The notes beneath the pieces are model-generated. The model had not been told where the DNA came from. It was given only the letters and a program-made list of their open reading frames with translations, and did no database searches. DNA of 64,000 nt, taken from NCBI RefSeq assembly GCF_046119375.1, contig NW_027362772.1, forward strand, positions 252,712,001 through 252,776,000, given 5' to 3'. Source of the stretch: Phyllobates terribilis. Lineage: Eukaryota. The position numbers were made by a program, and so were the translations under genes. Numbering within the stretch: position 1 is the stretch's first letter; every line of letters starts with the position of its first letter. Below, one piece after another: positions 12,301 through 22,769 of this stretch.

Positions 12301-12892
12301 GTCATTCTCCAAATTGGTATCGACTGTGCCGGAGGAGGAGAGTTTTTGCGGTGATTTGGAGAGAGTTTGGACGGATGTGCGTGATAATCTTCAGGAGGCT
12401 AACAAAAAATCTAAGAGGTACTTTGATAGGAAACGGCAAGAGGTTTCGTTTGCTATTGGTGACATGGTTTGGTTGTCCTCTAAGAATCAGCGATTGAGGA
12501 TTCCTTTGAAAAAATTGGGTCCCAAGTTTGTAGGGCCCTTTAAGGTGCTTCAGATAGTTAACCAATCTGCTGTTAGGTTGGAGGTTCCTACCTCCTGGAA
12601 GATTAATCCGGTGTTTCATGTTTCTCTGTTGAAAAAAGCTGATGTGTCGGTTGGTGACGCCTCTGCCACTGTTCCTCCGGTGGTGGAGGACGGGGAATAT
12701 GAAATTTCCCGCATCCTAAATTCTAGACGGTATAGAGGGAGTTTGCAGTATCTCGTTGCTTGGAAGGGTTTCGGACCCGAGGATAACTCATGGGTGAGGG
12801 CGGATGATGTTTCTGCTTCCAGACTTGTCAGAGCATTTCACAGGAGGTTTCCTGATAAGCCCGGTCCTAGGGGATCCGGAGGATCCTCTTAG
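9303..12892 (+). pseudogene. gag-pol with chromodomain, disrupted
   Basis: CCHC knuckle CFYCGNSGHFIKNC; protease VDCGS; RT YLDD; integrase MDF/SDRG/ERKN; chromodomain YEISRIL...YLVAWKGFGPEDNSW; early stop at 9327, frameshifts at homopolymers, RNase H deletion. Confidence 0.93.
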
Positions 12893-13445
12893 AAGAGGGG
12901 GTACAGTTAGAACTATCCTGTTAGGTTTTTTGTAGTTTGCTGGTCACATGACCATTTTTGCCTATTTAATCCGGCTCCGCCCTCCTGGCCTTGCTGGACT
13001 TCATTGTATTTACTACTCTTGAGCTAGCTTGGTGCTCTGTTACCGTTCTCTGTTAGTTTTGCTAGGTCTTCGGACCTCTATGTTCTTTGTTGTGTGTTTG
13101 TCTTTGACTGCTACAATTTCTGCTAGGAGGTGTCCAACTTTATCCCAGTCCCTAGTTCTTGTAGGGATTCCTCCCTTGCATCTATAGGTCTTCGTACAGA
13201 CTAGCCGAGGACTTTAGCGGGTCTGATCGCAGGATCAGGTTCCCCGTTACATCGTAGGGATCTAGTTTAGTTCGATTGTAGGGACAGATCTCCTGTATTT
13301 CCTTAGTGCTTGTAGCAGATCATAACAGATATCAGTTGTGTCCGCCAGTACCAGCCTGTGTGTCTGTCGTGCCAGCCAGTACTTGCCAAGTCCGCCAAGA
13401 AAATATTGAGCGCTCTTTAGAAATGGACATGATTCACCATTCGGG

Positions 13446-13790
13446 TAGGGTCACACCACCATTTTTTCTGCATCCGAGAGAAATTATCTGAATATTCTGA
13501 TCAGATCAGAGTTTGATCAGAAGTTAATCGAGTGGTATCAGTTTTTCTCGGAGATCGAGAGAAGAAGAAAAAAAGTTTCTCCACCTTCTCCATTCTGTCA
13601 GTCAGTGAAAATCGGACAGCACTCGGATGACATTCGTGTATGATCTTATGTTTTTCATGAACTCGTAGACTTGCATTGGCGATTTTGATCCGACACTCTG
13701 ATCAAAATCGGACGTATCTCTGATTTTTTCCTTTGGCCAAATGGTCCAAATCGGACATGTGCACACCCCATAGAATATCATGGTGCTATC
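13446..13790. mobile_element. Decayed non-autonomous DNA transposon fragment
   Basis: AGGGTCACAC-like end and short internal inverted motifs (GATTTTGATCCGA..TCTGATCAAAATC); no second terminus. Confidence 0.35.
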
Positions 13791-15099
13791 CATGAACAAC
13801 ACAGATAGAACTTATCCGATAGAATCGATAGTGTTCACAGGCCCTTTGTCTCATCCTTTCTCTTCAAGAGCACACCACTCCTCAGCTCTCTGCTTACTGC
13901 TTGTTGGGGGGCAAGTTACTTACTACTTAACCAACAGTTTGGACCAGCGGCTAAAACTGTGTGGTCTTCGATGCTGCCGATGCTTCGAGGAGCACAGTAG
14001 CATTGAAGCTGGCTAGGATCAGGAGCTAATGGTGCACTTCAGAAATCCTCCACTCCAGTTTTAGTGCTGTGCTTACAACCTCAATAGAAAAGAGCTTGTA
14101 AACACTGCATATGTTTAGCCTCTAGACCACAGCGGTGGCTGGTAGCCTAGGCAAAGAGCAGTAAACAATACAAAATAAAAGTATAGTTATTAAGGGAACG
14201 GTGCTTGATTTTAATATGTGGTAAATTGGAAAGTTACTTGTCTTACAAGAACTTTCCACTTATGGGAATAACCTTTTAAGGGGTAAGAGTTATTTGTAGA
14301 TAACACAGGTCAAAATATCCAAACCTCAGCCTTTTCCTCCTCTAAGAAGCAAAAGCTCTTAAGCTTTCTTTTACATTTTTAAATGAAGTTTCACGTTGAG
14401 ACCGATACAAAGAAATATAGTAAGGTTGACATTCCTGGCAGTATCTGTAATATGGAGAAATATTTGGTTGGATTTACAGCATAAGTAAAGGTCTTGGAGA
14501 TAAGTCATATTGGGAAATACTTGGGGGAACCTAATATGTGTGGTCTTGGAAAAAAAAAAAGAATGAAGAGAATATGATGAAACCCAACAATTAAATAGTA
14601 GTTAGTTGGACACTTTCCAAGAGAAAGTGAAATATAGAAAGAGAGGGCAAAAGCTAAAGCCAGAAGCAGAACGATCAGGAGTAACATAAGAGGGCAAACT
14701 AGATGGAGTTTGCATTTTGTTTCTTATGATTTTTTCACAATTAGGATTTTGCAGTGAATAGTCGATTTGGGTAGATTAAAAAAATCTGGCAGTACAGAAA
14801 CAAAAATGTTTCCAAAATAACAAAACTATGTTGCCCATAATATAATATCAGTATCATTTCAGTAATAGTATAATAAGAGTCTCATTTTTCTAATGCCACC
14901 GATCCTCGGGGGAGTGACATTATGTTCACTGAGACGTCACCTGACCTTGGCAGCCAATCATAGCAGTGCCATGTGATGATGCATTTATAGGGCTGTGGTA
15001 TGATTGGTTGTTATATTATATGTTGCCAAAATCCTACTCAAAAGAGGAAAATATCGATGCTAAACTCAAATCAGGGTTCGCCTATCAGAACTGTTAATA

Positions 15100-16050
15100 C
15101 CCCTTAGTTAAACCTTCTTCCAAAAATCCACATTCCTTGAAGACTGAATTACAATGGTTCCCAAGTATTAACGAGACCCATTCCTTCCTCTAACAGCCAA
15201 TGGAAGCCGTACATGGGGCATTAAGGATGGTCCCATAGTAGTTTGTCTCGATGGCAAAATTGCCTTATTTGTAAGGCAATGCTACTAATGAATTATAGTA
15301 TTATATGAACATATATAATATATATCACTGTATACTTTTATTTATACTCCATAGAAACCTGACTAAATAATTGGAAACAGATGGGCAATCGAAAATCTAT
15401 CTCATCCTAAATGCAAAGATTTACGGTACTAAATATTTGCCGGCTGATCACATAAGGATTGGCAACCTCCATTTACCTCTCACTTACATCACAGTCTGCA
15501 CTTATTTACCATATGGAAATAGTATCCTGCCAAATCCAGAGAATATATAGTATTCAAGAGGAAAAGGTGCAACACATAAAAGTGAAATATATCAAAAGTA
15601 ACAAAAAATGAATACAGATAAAGCTATTAGGCTTGCATATTATTCATATGAGGACAACTCAAAGCCTAGACCACGCATGGCAGCAAACCTCTTCTCCAAC
15701 ACCTCCTTGTTCTCCAAGACCCACCAGATACAAGTTCTTGGTTGAAAACTCTGTCCATATGCTATCTATGATTATAGACTAAGCATTACACTACATTGTG
15801 GTTATTTCATTTGTCTTTGAGGATTTCCTTCGATCTTGTAAAGTCTTCATGGTAACCACTAAGTTCTCATGACAAGGTTCTAAATATAAGGATGGATATA
15901 GGGTTGTTCTCAACTTCTTTTATTGGTGAAATTTCAATTTGCTTGTGTAAAAGCAAGCACCATTGTAATCGTATCTTCGTTTCCAAGAATGGATAGAATT
16001 TTAATTTGATAATTTTACTGCTTGTTACCTCAGTTATAATCCCACACAAG
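15100..16050 (-). pseudogene. Possible very old L1-like ORF2 remnant
   Basis: Weak resemblance of KIRLQWC..EISPIKEVENNPISILIFRTLS to the L1 RT TRQGCPLSPLLF region; many stops. Confidence 0.25.
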
Positions 16051-16249
16051 CCACTGCAGTCTATCAGTAGTGACTGGTCTCCTAGACAAACAGCGCAGCG
16101 CTTACAAGCTTGTTGCTATTGAGTTTGTAAGCGCTTCTCTGAAGCTGCCTGGATCACTGGACCCCTGAGCTCCACTGGTGCTGCAGAGGCATAGGTGTCT
16201 CTGCTTGCAAAATCAGAGAGCAAATCTTTTAGACCAGCAGCTCAATGAT

Positions 16250-16890
16250 GTCACTAGTCCAAACTGCCAATCAATCAAGAGCGTACAGCCCACGGCAAGC
16301 AGGAAACTCTTGAGGCTGGGGAACAGCATGCTCCTGAATATGGAAGACAAGATTGCCATTGGTCCAAATTGTCGAACAGTGATGAGCTCACAAAGCCTCG
16401 GCAAGCAAAAAACCTCTAAGGCTGGGGAGCAGCGCACTCCTGAATATGGAACACAACATTGCTACTGGTCCAAACTGTCGATCAGTGAGGAGCACACAGC
16501 TCCCTGGCAAGGGAAAAACCCTTGAGGCTGGGGATCTGCATGCTCCTGAATATGGAAGAAGAGATAATCACTGGTACAAACTATCAATCAATCAAGAGCA
16601 CACCGCTCCCCAGCAAAAAAGAAACCTTTGAGGCTGGGGAGCAGCACACTCCTGAACATGAAAGACAAGATAGCCACTGGTCCAAACTGTCAATCAGTGA
16701 GGTGCAAACAGCTCCCCAGCAAGCAAGAAATCCTTGAGGCTGGGGAGCTTGTGCTCCTGAATATGGAAGAAGAGATTACCACTGGAAGAGATTACCAAAC
16801 TGTCAATTAATCAGGAGCATACCGCTCCCTGGCAAGTAGGAAGCCAGGAGGCTAGAGAACCGCATGCTCTTTAATGTGGAAAATGAGATT
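16250..16890. repeat. Diverged minisatellite, 106-bp unit, about 6 copies
   Basis: CTCCTGAA(T/C)ATG at 16331, 16437, 16543, 16649, 16754. Confidence 0.9.
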
Positions 16891-17626
16891 TAACCCTTTA
16901 CGGGGGGTTTTCTCAGGACCTAATGTTCTTTATGTTAGCAAAGAAAGTCTCTCACTCTGGCAGACCTGACCCTTACATATATTACATTTTAAGTAATCAC
17001 TGAATAGCTGACACATATTACTATATAATACAATGTATGGACAGATGTGGGGACAGCTATAATTTACAAAATGATTTACCTCCACTCAAAGTGCAAAAAA
17101 ATAAGCTCATGATATCACTCTCTTTTAGTAACAGTCAGAGGGGTTCATGAAAGAAAGATTTAAGCTGCTGTAGGCAGAATTCGTGCAATGTAGACATGTT
17201 TTCCATGACACTGAGGGGAAACAGTTGTCACTACTGAATTCCTTGCGTTGTCTAACAAAGCTATAGATCTACAGCACAAATGAGTGCAAATGGAGGTTTC
17301 TGGCAGTGCGATGATTCTATTTTCTTGGTTGGAGGGAGTTGACCATGGACTGCCTGCCTTGTTTTTCTATCAGATCTCCAGGGAAAAACACAGCTAAAAG
17401 ATTTGAGCAAAAAATATACCCTGTCATTCAAGCATGTAGTGCTATAATAATGTACACATATATTTATGTGTACACATACGTGTTTGTGCTAATGTAATTA
17501 ATTTATAAATCTGCCCTGTTTTGCACATGTCTTCCCCTAAGGATGACCCTCTAGGCTCTATTTACTCTCTAGTTGCTTTTGGATCAGTCCTGCCGTGGTC
17601 CCAGTGCTCCTTGTTGATGATGTACA

Positions 17627-20600
17627 TGTTAGAATCTATGTTGTTTTACTATCGGCCATCTTGTTGTGGTTTGCTGACTTCTAGTCTTTTCCTCTGGTGC
17701 TGGGTGTCTTGGTCATGTGATCTCTGCACTCTTTATTACTCAGCACCTGTCTCCCATTCCCCGCTGGACATCAGTGTTGTTACGCTCGTGCTCTGGCTAA
17801 GTTGCCTTGTTAAGTTCTTTGTGCTTTGGACAATTGATATCCTGGGACTTCTTGTTCCACCAGTTTTGTTCCCTTTAATCTTCGTTTCTGCAACTAACTT
17901 TTCTGTTAGGAGGTCTCCTGTTTTTGCTCCCAGTCCTTAGATCTTTTAGGGACCCCTTTCCCCTTCCTACAGGTCTTCATTTGAGTTCAGCGCAGGAGTT
18001 TCGGTGGGGCTATTCACAAGGAATAGGGCACCCACCCCAGCGTAAGGTTAAGATGAGTCTCAGTGCAGGGACAGCTTTTCCCTCCTATTCCTTGGTTCTA
18101 AGTTGCAGAACATAACAGTATGTCCAGCCCCGTTTAAAAAAAAATAAAATAGTTTTTTTTTTTTCTTTTTCTTCTCCTCTCCTCTTCCTGGATTTTCTTC
18201 AGTATGAGTAACATCCAGTAGCTTGCTCAACGCTTGCAAGGGTTGACTCTGGAGGTTGCTGGTCTTCAGCAGTACATGAGTAAATACCCTGCGGAACGCT
18301 ATGAAGAACCTAGAGTGTTGACAGGATTTTTTTTCATTTAAAAATGCTTGTTTGTTGTATTTTCAGCTCAGACCTAGATCTTCTGGGAGTGAACTACAGC
18401 GTGTAGGGATTATTATGTCTCTATTGCATAAGGAACCTCAAATCTGGGCGTTTTCCTTGTCTCCTGATGATCATTGTTTGAGGTCTGTGGAGGAATTTTT
18501 TGATGCCATGGGCTTGCTATATGATGATCCTGATCGGGTTACATCAGCTGAGGCAGAGCTCAGACTCTTGATGCTGAGAGTTATTGCACCCTGTTCAGAC
18601 GATGGTCTGCAGAGGTCAGGTGGAAAGACCCTGCACTCAAGTTTCAGTTTCTGGCAGGCTTGAGTGAAAGGATTAAAGATTTGCTCATTGCATTCCCTGC
18701 ACCTGATACTCTGCAAGTTGCCATGCAGTTAGCTATCCGTGTGGATAGAACGTTGAGGGCTAGACAGAATGAGGAGAAGTTTCCTGTATTGCTGGATTCT
18801 GTTTCTCACGATATTCCTGCCGACACTGGGGAACCTATGCAGTTGGGGGCAATGTCATCCCGTTCCAAGGAGAGGGACAGGAGGTTCTCTGAGGGACTTT
18901 GCTTGTATTGCAGTAAGGCTGATCATTTTCTAAAGCAATGTAAGATTCGCTTAAGGAAAGAAAAAAAAATGGTCAGTAGAAATAACACTCCCGTTCACAT
19001 TGCGTTTTTACGTTCTGCTGGGGTGTTTTTTCCTGGTAATACCACCTGTCAGGGTCGTTCGATTGAGTTTCAGGTTATGGTGGATTGTGATTCTGCACTT
19101 AATTTGATTGATCAACAATTTCTTGAAAAGTATAAGTTTGATTCTGAACCTTTGTTGTCTCCTTTTCCTATGGTGGCGATTGATAATACTCCCCTGGAGC
19201 ATGGGAGCATTCTTCAAAAGGTCAGTGGGTTTCCGCTTACTATGAATATGGAACATCAGGAGCAGATTGACTTATTTGTACTTGCTAAGTTGCCTTCCCC
19301 GGTCGTCCTGGGGTTGCCCTGGTTAAAAGTGCATAATCCTTTGCTAGACTGGTCGTCTGGTTCCATAAGATCCAGGGGTCAGGGGTGTTATGGTAAGTGT
19401 TGCAATGTTCACATTGCAGCTGTTGTGAAGGGGGAATTACCTGAACCCATTCAGGATTTTTGGAGGGTTTTTTCGGAGGTGGAGTCGAAAGCTTTACCAC
19501 CTCATAGAGATTACGATTGCGCTATTGACTTCGTCCCTGATGCTAAGCTCCCTAAGAGTCGGTCGTTTAATCTGACAATTCCCGAGAGGGAGGCTTTGAA
19601 GGAGTACTTTCAGACTAGTTTAGCTGCAGGTCACATAAGACCCTCTAAGTCTCCTGTGGCGGTTGGGTTCTTTTTTGTCAAAAAGAAGGATGGGGGTCTT
19701 AGGCCATGTCTGGATTTTTGGGAGATTAATAAAATCACTGTGCACAATCCTTACCCGTTACCACTTATTCCGGATTTGTTTAACCAATTGACCGGAGCTA
19801 AATGGTTTTCTAAGATTGACCTTCGTGGGGCATATAATTCGCTGCGGGTGAAGGATGGAGATGAATGGAAGACAGCTTTTAACACCCGGAAGGTCATTTT
19901 GAGTGTTTGGTGATGCCTTTTGGGCTTAATAACGCCCCCGCATTTTTTCAAAATTTCATCAATGACATTCTGAGACTCTTGATCGGTAGGAGTGTTATTG
20001 TTTATCTGGATGACATTTTGATTTATTCATTGGATCTTGAGTCTCATTGGCAGAGAGTCCGCGAAGTTCTTCAGATACTGAGAGATAACACACTCTTTGC
20101 TAAATTGGAGAAGTGTCAGTTTGCTGTTCAGAAAATTCGTTTTTTGGGTTACTTTGTCTCTTGTGATGGTTTTGAGATGGACCCGGTGAAAGTTCAGGCT
20201 GTGCTGGAGTGGCCGAGGCCTGAGGGTTTGAAGTCCGTACAGAGGATTTTGGGGTTTGCCAATTATTACAGGAAATTCATAAAAAATTTCTCTGTCATCG
20301 CTAAACCCATTACTGATCTCACCAAGAAGGGTACTAATACAGTCCAATGGTCCACTGAGGCTATTGAAGCTTTTGAGTATCTCAAGGAGAGGTTCAGCTC
20401 TGCTCCTGTTCTTATCCATTCGGATGAGACCAGGCCATTTTTGGTTGAGGTGGATGCCTCATCTATAGGCGTAGGGGCAGTTCTGTCCCAGGAGGGTGAG
20501 GATGGGTTGCATCCCTGTGCTTTCTTTTCAAAAAATTTTTCTGAGACAGAGCTCAACTATGATGTTGGGAATTGTGAGTTGTTGGCTATTAAACTTGCGT

Positions 20601-22711
20601 TCGAGCATTGGCGACATTTTTTCGAGGGGGCTTGACATCCTATACAGGTTTTCACTGATCATAAGAATTTGATTTATCTGGACACAGCTAAACGTTTGAA
20701 TGCCCGTCAGGCTAGGTGGGCAATGTTTTTTGCCCGGTTCAATTTTTCCGCAACCTTTGTCCCAGGGACAAAGAATGTTAAGGCTGACGCTTTGTCTCGT
20801 AGTTTCTCTCCAGCTGTGAATGCTGAGAGGGAGGAGTGTATTTTGCAGAGAGGGGTGGTGGTGGCCGCATTGGATTCTGAGTTGGAGAATAGCATCCTAG
20901 GAGCTCAGAGTGCGGCACCAACTAACACTCCGTGTGGTAAATTGTTTGTGCCTAGAGCCTTGAGGAGAGCGTTGTTTGTTGAATGTCATGAGTCACGGTT
21001 GGCGGGTCACCCAGGGATTTCGGAAACTATTAAGTCTATCGGTCGGAGTTTCTGGTGGCCAGGGTGGCAAAGGGAAGTCATCAAGTGGGTGCGTCAGTGT
21101 TCTGTGTGCGCTAGGTTGAAGGCCTCTCACGCTCCGGCTGCAGGGTTGCTATGGCCCTTGGAAGTTCCTAGTTCGCCATGGACGTACCTTGCCATGGATT
21201 TTATCACCGATCTGCCTTTATCGGAGGGTTTTTCTGTCATCTGGGTTGTTGTGGACCGGTTTAGTAAAATGTGTCATCTGGTTCCATTCAACAAGTTACC
21301 TTGCGCCAAGACTCTTGCTAAGGCTTTTGTGAAGGAGATTGTCAGGCTCCATGGTGTTCCCATGGACATTGTTTCCGATAGAGGACCACAGTCTGTGACT
21401 CACTTTTGGCGTGCTTTTTGTGATAGATTGAAAATTCATTTGTCATTCTCGTCGGGGTATCATCCAGAGTCCAATGGACAGACTGAAAGGAAGAACCAGG
21501 ATGTCGAGTTTTTGAGATGTTTTGTGGCAGACAATCAGGAAATGTGGTCACAATTTCTACCACTTGCGGAGTTTGCCCTTAATAATCATACTTCTTCCTC
21601 GGCTGGTTGTTCTCCTTTTTTTGTTGTACTGGCAGGTATCCATCTTTTGGTCCATTTTCCAAAGTTGGGGCTGCTGTACCGGAGGAGGACACTTTTTCTG
21701 GTGATTTGGAGAGGGTTTGGACCAGTGTACGCCTGAACCTTAAAGAGGCTAACAGGAGATCAAAAAGGTATTTTGACAAAAAAAGAAAGGAGGCCTTGTT
21801 TGCTGTTGGGGATATGGTTTGGTTGTCCTCTAGGAATCTTCGTTTGAAAATTCCTTCTAAAAAACTGGGGCCTAAATTTGTGGGTCCTTTCAAAGTGGTT
21901 CAGATTGTCAACTCGGCAGCGGTGAGGTTGGGCATTCCCTTGTCCTGGAGGATTAATTCTGTGTTTCATGTGTCGTTACTTAAGAAGGCGGACACGCCTG
22001 ATAAGCAGGCGAAGCCTACTTTTCCTCCTGTTGATGAGGACGGTGAATTTGAGATTTCTCGCATTTTGGATTCCAGGTGGCATAGAGGAAGATTACAGTA
22101 TCTTATGTCCTGGAGAGGTTTTGGCCCCGAGGATAAATCCTGGGTGAAGGCCGAGGACGTCTTGGCCTCAAGTCTAATTAAGGCTTTTCACAGGAGATTT
22201 CCTGGTAAGGCTCGGCCTAGAGGATCCGGAGGATCCTCGTAAAAGGGGAGGTACTGTTAGAATCTATGTTCTTTTACTATCGGCCATCTTGTTGTGGTTT
22301 GCTGACTTCTAGTCTTTTCCTCTGGTGCTGGGTGTCTTGGTCACGTGATATCTGCACTCTTTATTACTCAGCACCTGTCTCCCATTCCCCGCTGGACATC
22401 AGTGTTGTTACGCTCATGCTCTGGCTAAGTTGCCTTGTTAAGTTCTTTGTGCTTTGGACAATTGATATCCTGGGACTTCTTGTTCCACCAGTTTTGTTCC
22501 CTTTAATCTTTGTTTCTGCAACTAACTTTTCTGTTAAGAGGTCTCCTGTTTTTGATCCCAGTCCTTAGATCTTTTAGGGACCCCTTTCCCCTTCCTACAG
22601 GTCTTTGTTTGAGTTCAGTGCAGGAGTTTCAGTGGGGCTATTCACACGGAATAGGGCACCCACCCCAGATTTTCCCTCCTATTCCTTAGTTCTAAGTTGC
22701 AGAACATAATG
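17627..22711 (+). mobile_element. Ty3/Gypsy chromovirus (Tf1/Sushi group), copy 2, distinct LTR family, full length but decayed
   Basis: LTRs 17627-18117 (491 bp) and 22255-22711 (457 bp, 34-bp deletion, terminal CA changed to TG); TSD GTACA (17622-26, 22712-16); PPT AAAAGGGGAGG 22241-51; PBS GTATGTCCAGC 18118-28. Confidence 0.96.
18204..22242 (+). pseudogene. gag-pol with RNase H, integrase and chromodomain, multiply disrupted
   Basis: CLYCSKADHFLKQC; VDCDS; YLDD; VEVDAS/ELLA/TDHKN; HHCC; MDF/SDRG; FEISRIL...YLMSWRGFGPEDKSW. Confidence 0.93.
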
Positions 22712-22769
22712 GTACAGGGCAGTCTCTCTCAGACTGCTTTGCTCTGCCTCCCACATTGAATGAGTGTAT

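Larger units (their letters stand above)
8827..13327 (+). mobile_element. Ty3/Gypsy chromovirus (Tf1/Sushi group), copy 1, internally deleted
   Basis: 423-bp LTRs 8827-9249 and 12905-13327 (~6 differences; 3' LTR starts AG); 5-bp TSD GATAT (8822-26, 13328-32); PPT AGAAGAGGGGG 12891-12901. Confidence 0.97.

Noticed and set aside
9333-12892. Chromovirus 1 as a domesticated Sushi-type gene (PEG10/RTL-like)
   Set aside because: Retains LTRs, TSD, an early stop and frameshifts; ordinary decay, and some homopolymer frameshifts may be assembly errors
14505-14687. Signal-peptide-like MLLLIVLLLALAFA ORF
   Set aside because: Arises from a purine-rich low-complexity strand; no convincing splice donor or homology
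16097-16135. Short perfect hairpin AGCGCTTACAA/TTGTAAGCGCT, and another near 17451-17474
   Set aside because: Too short to distinguish from chance or MITE debris
17521-17940. Hydrophobic 139-aa ORF, repeated at 22266-22568
   Set aside because: Lies in the LTRs of chromovirus 2; the duplication is just the LTR pair
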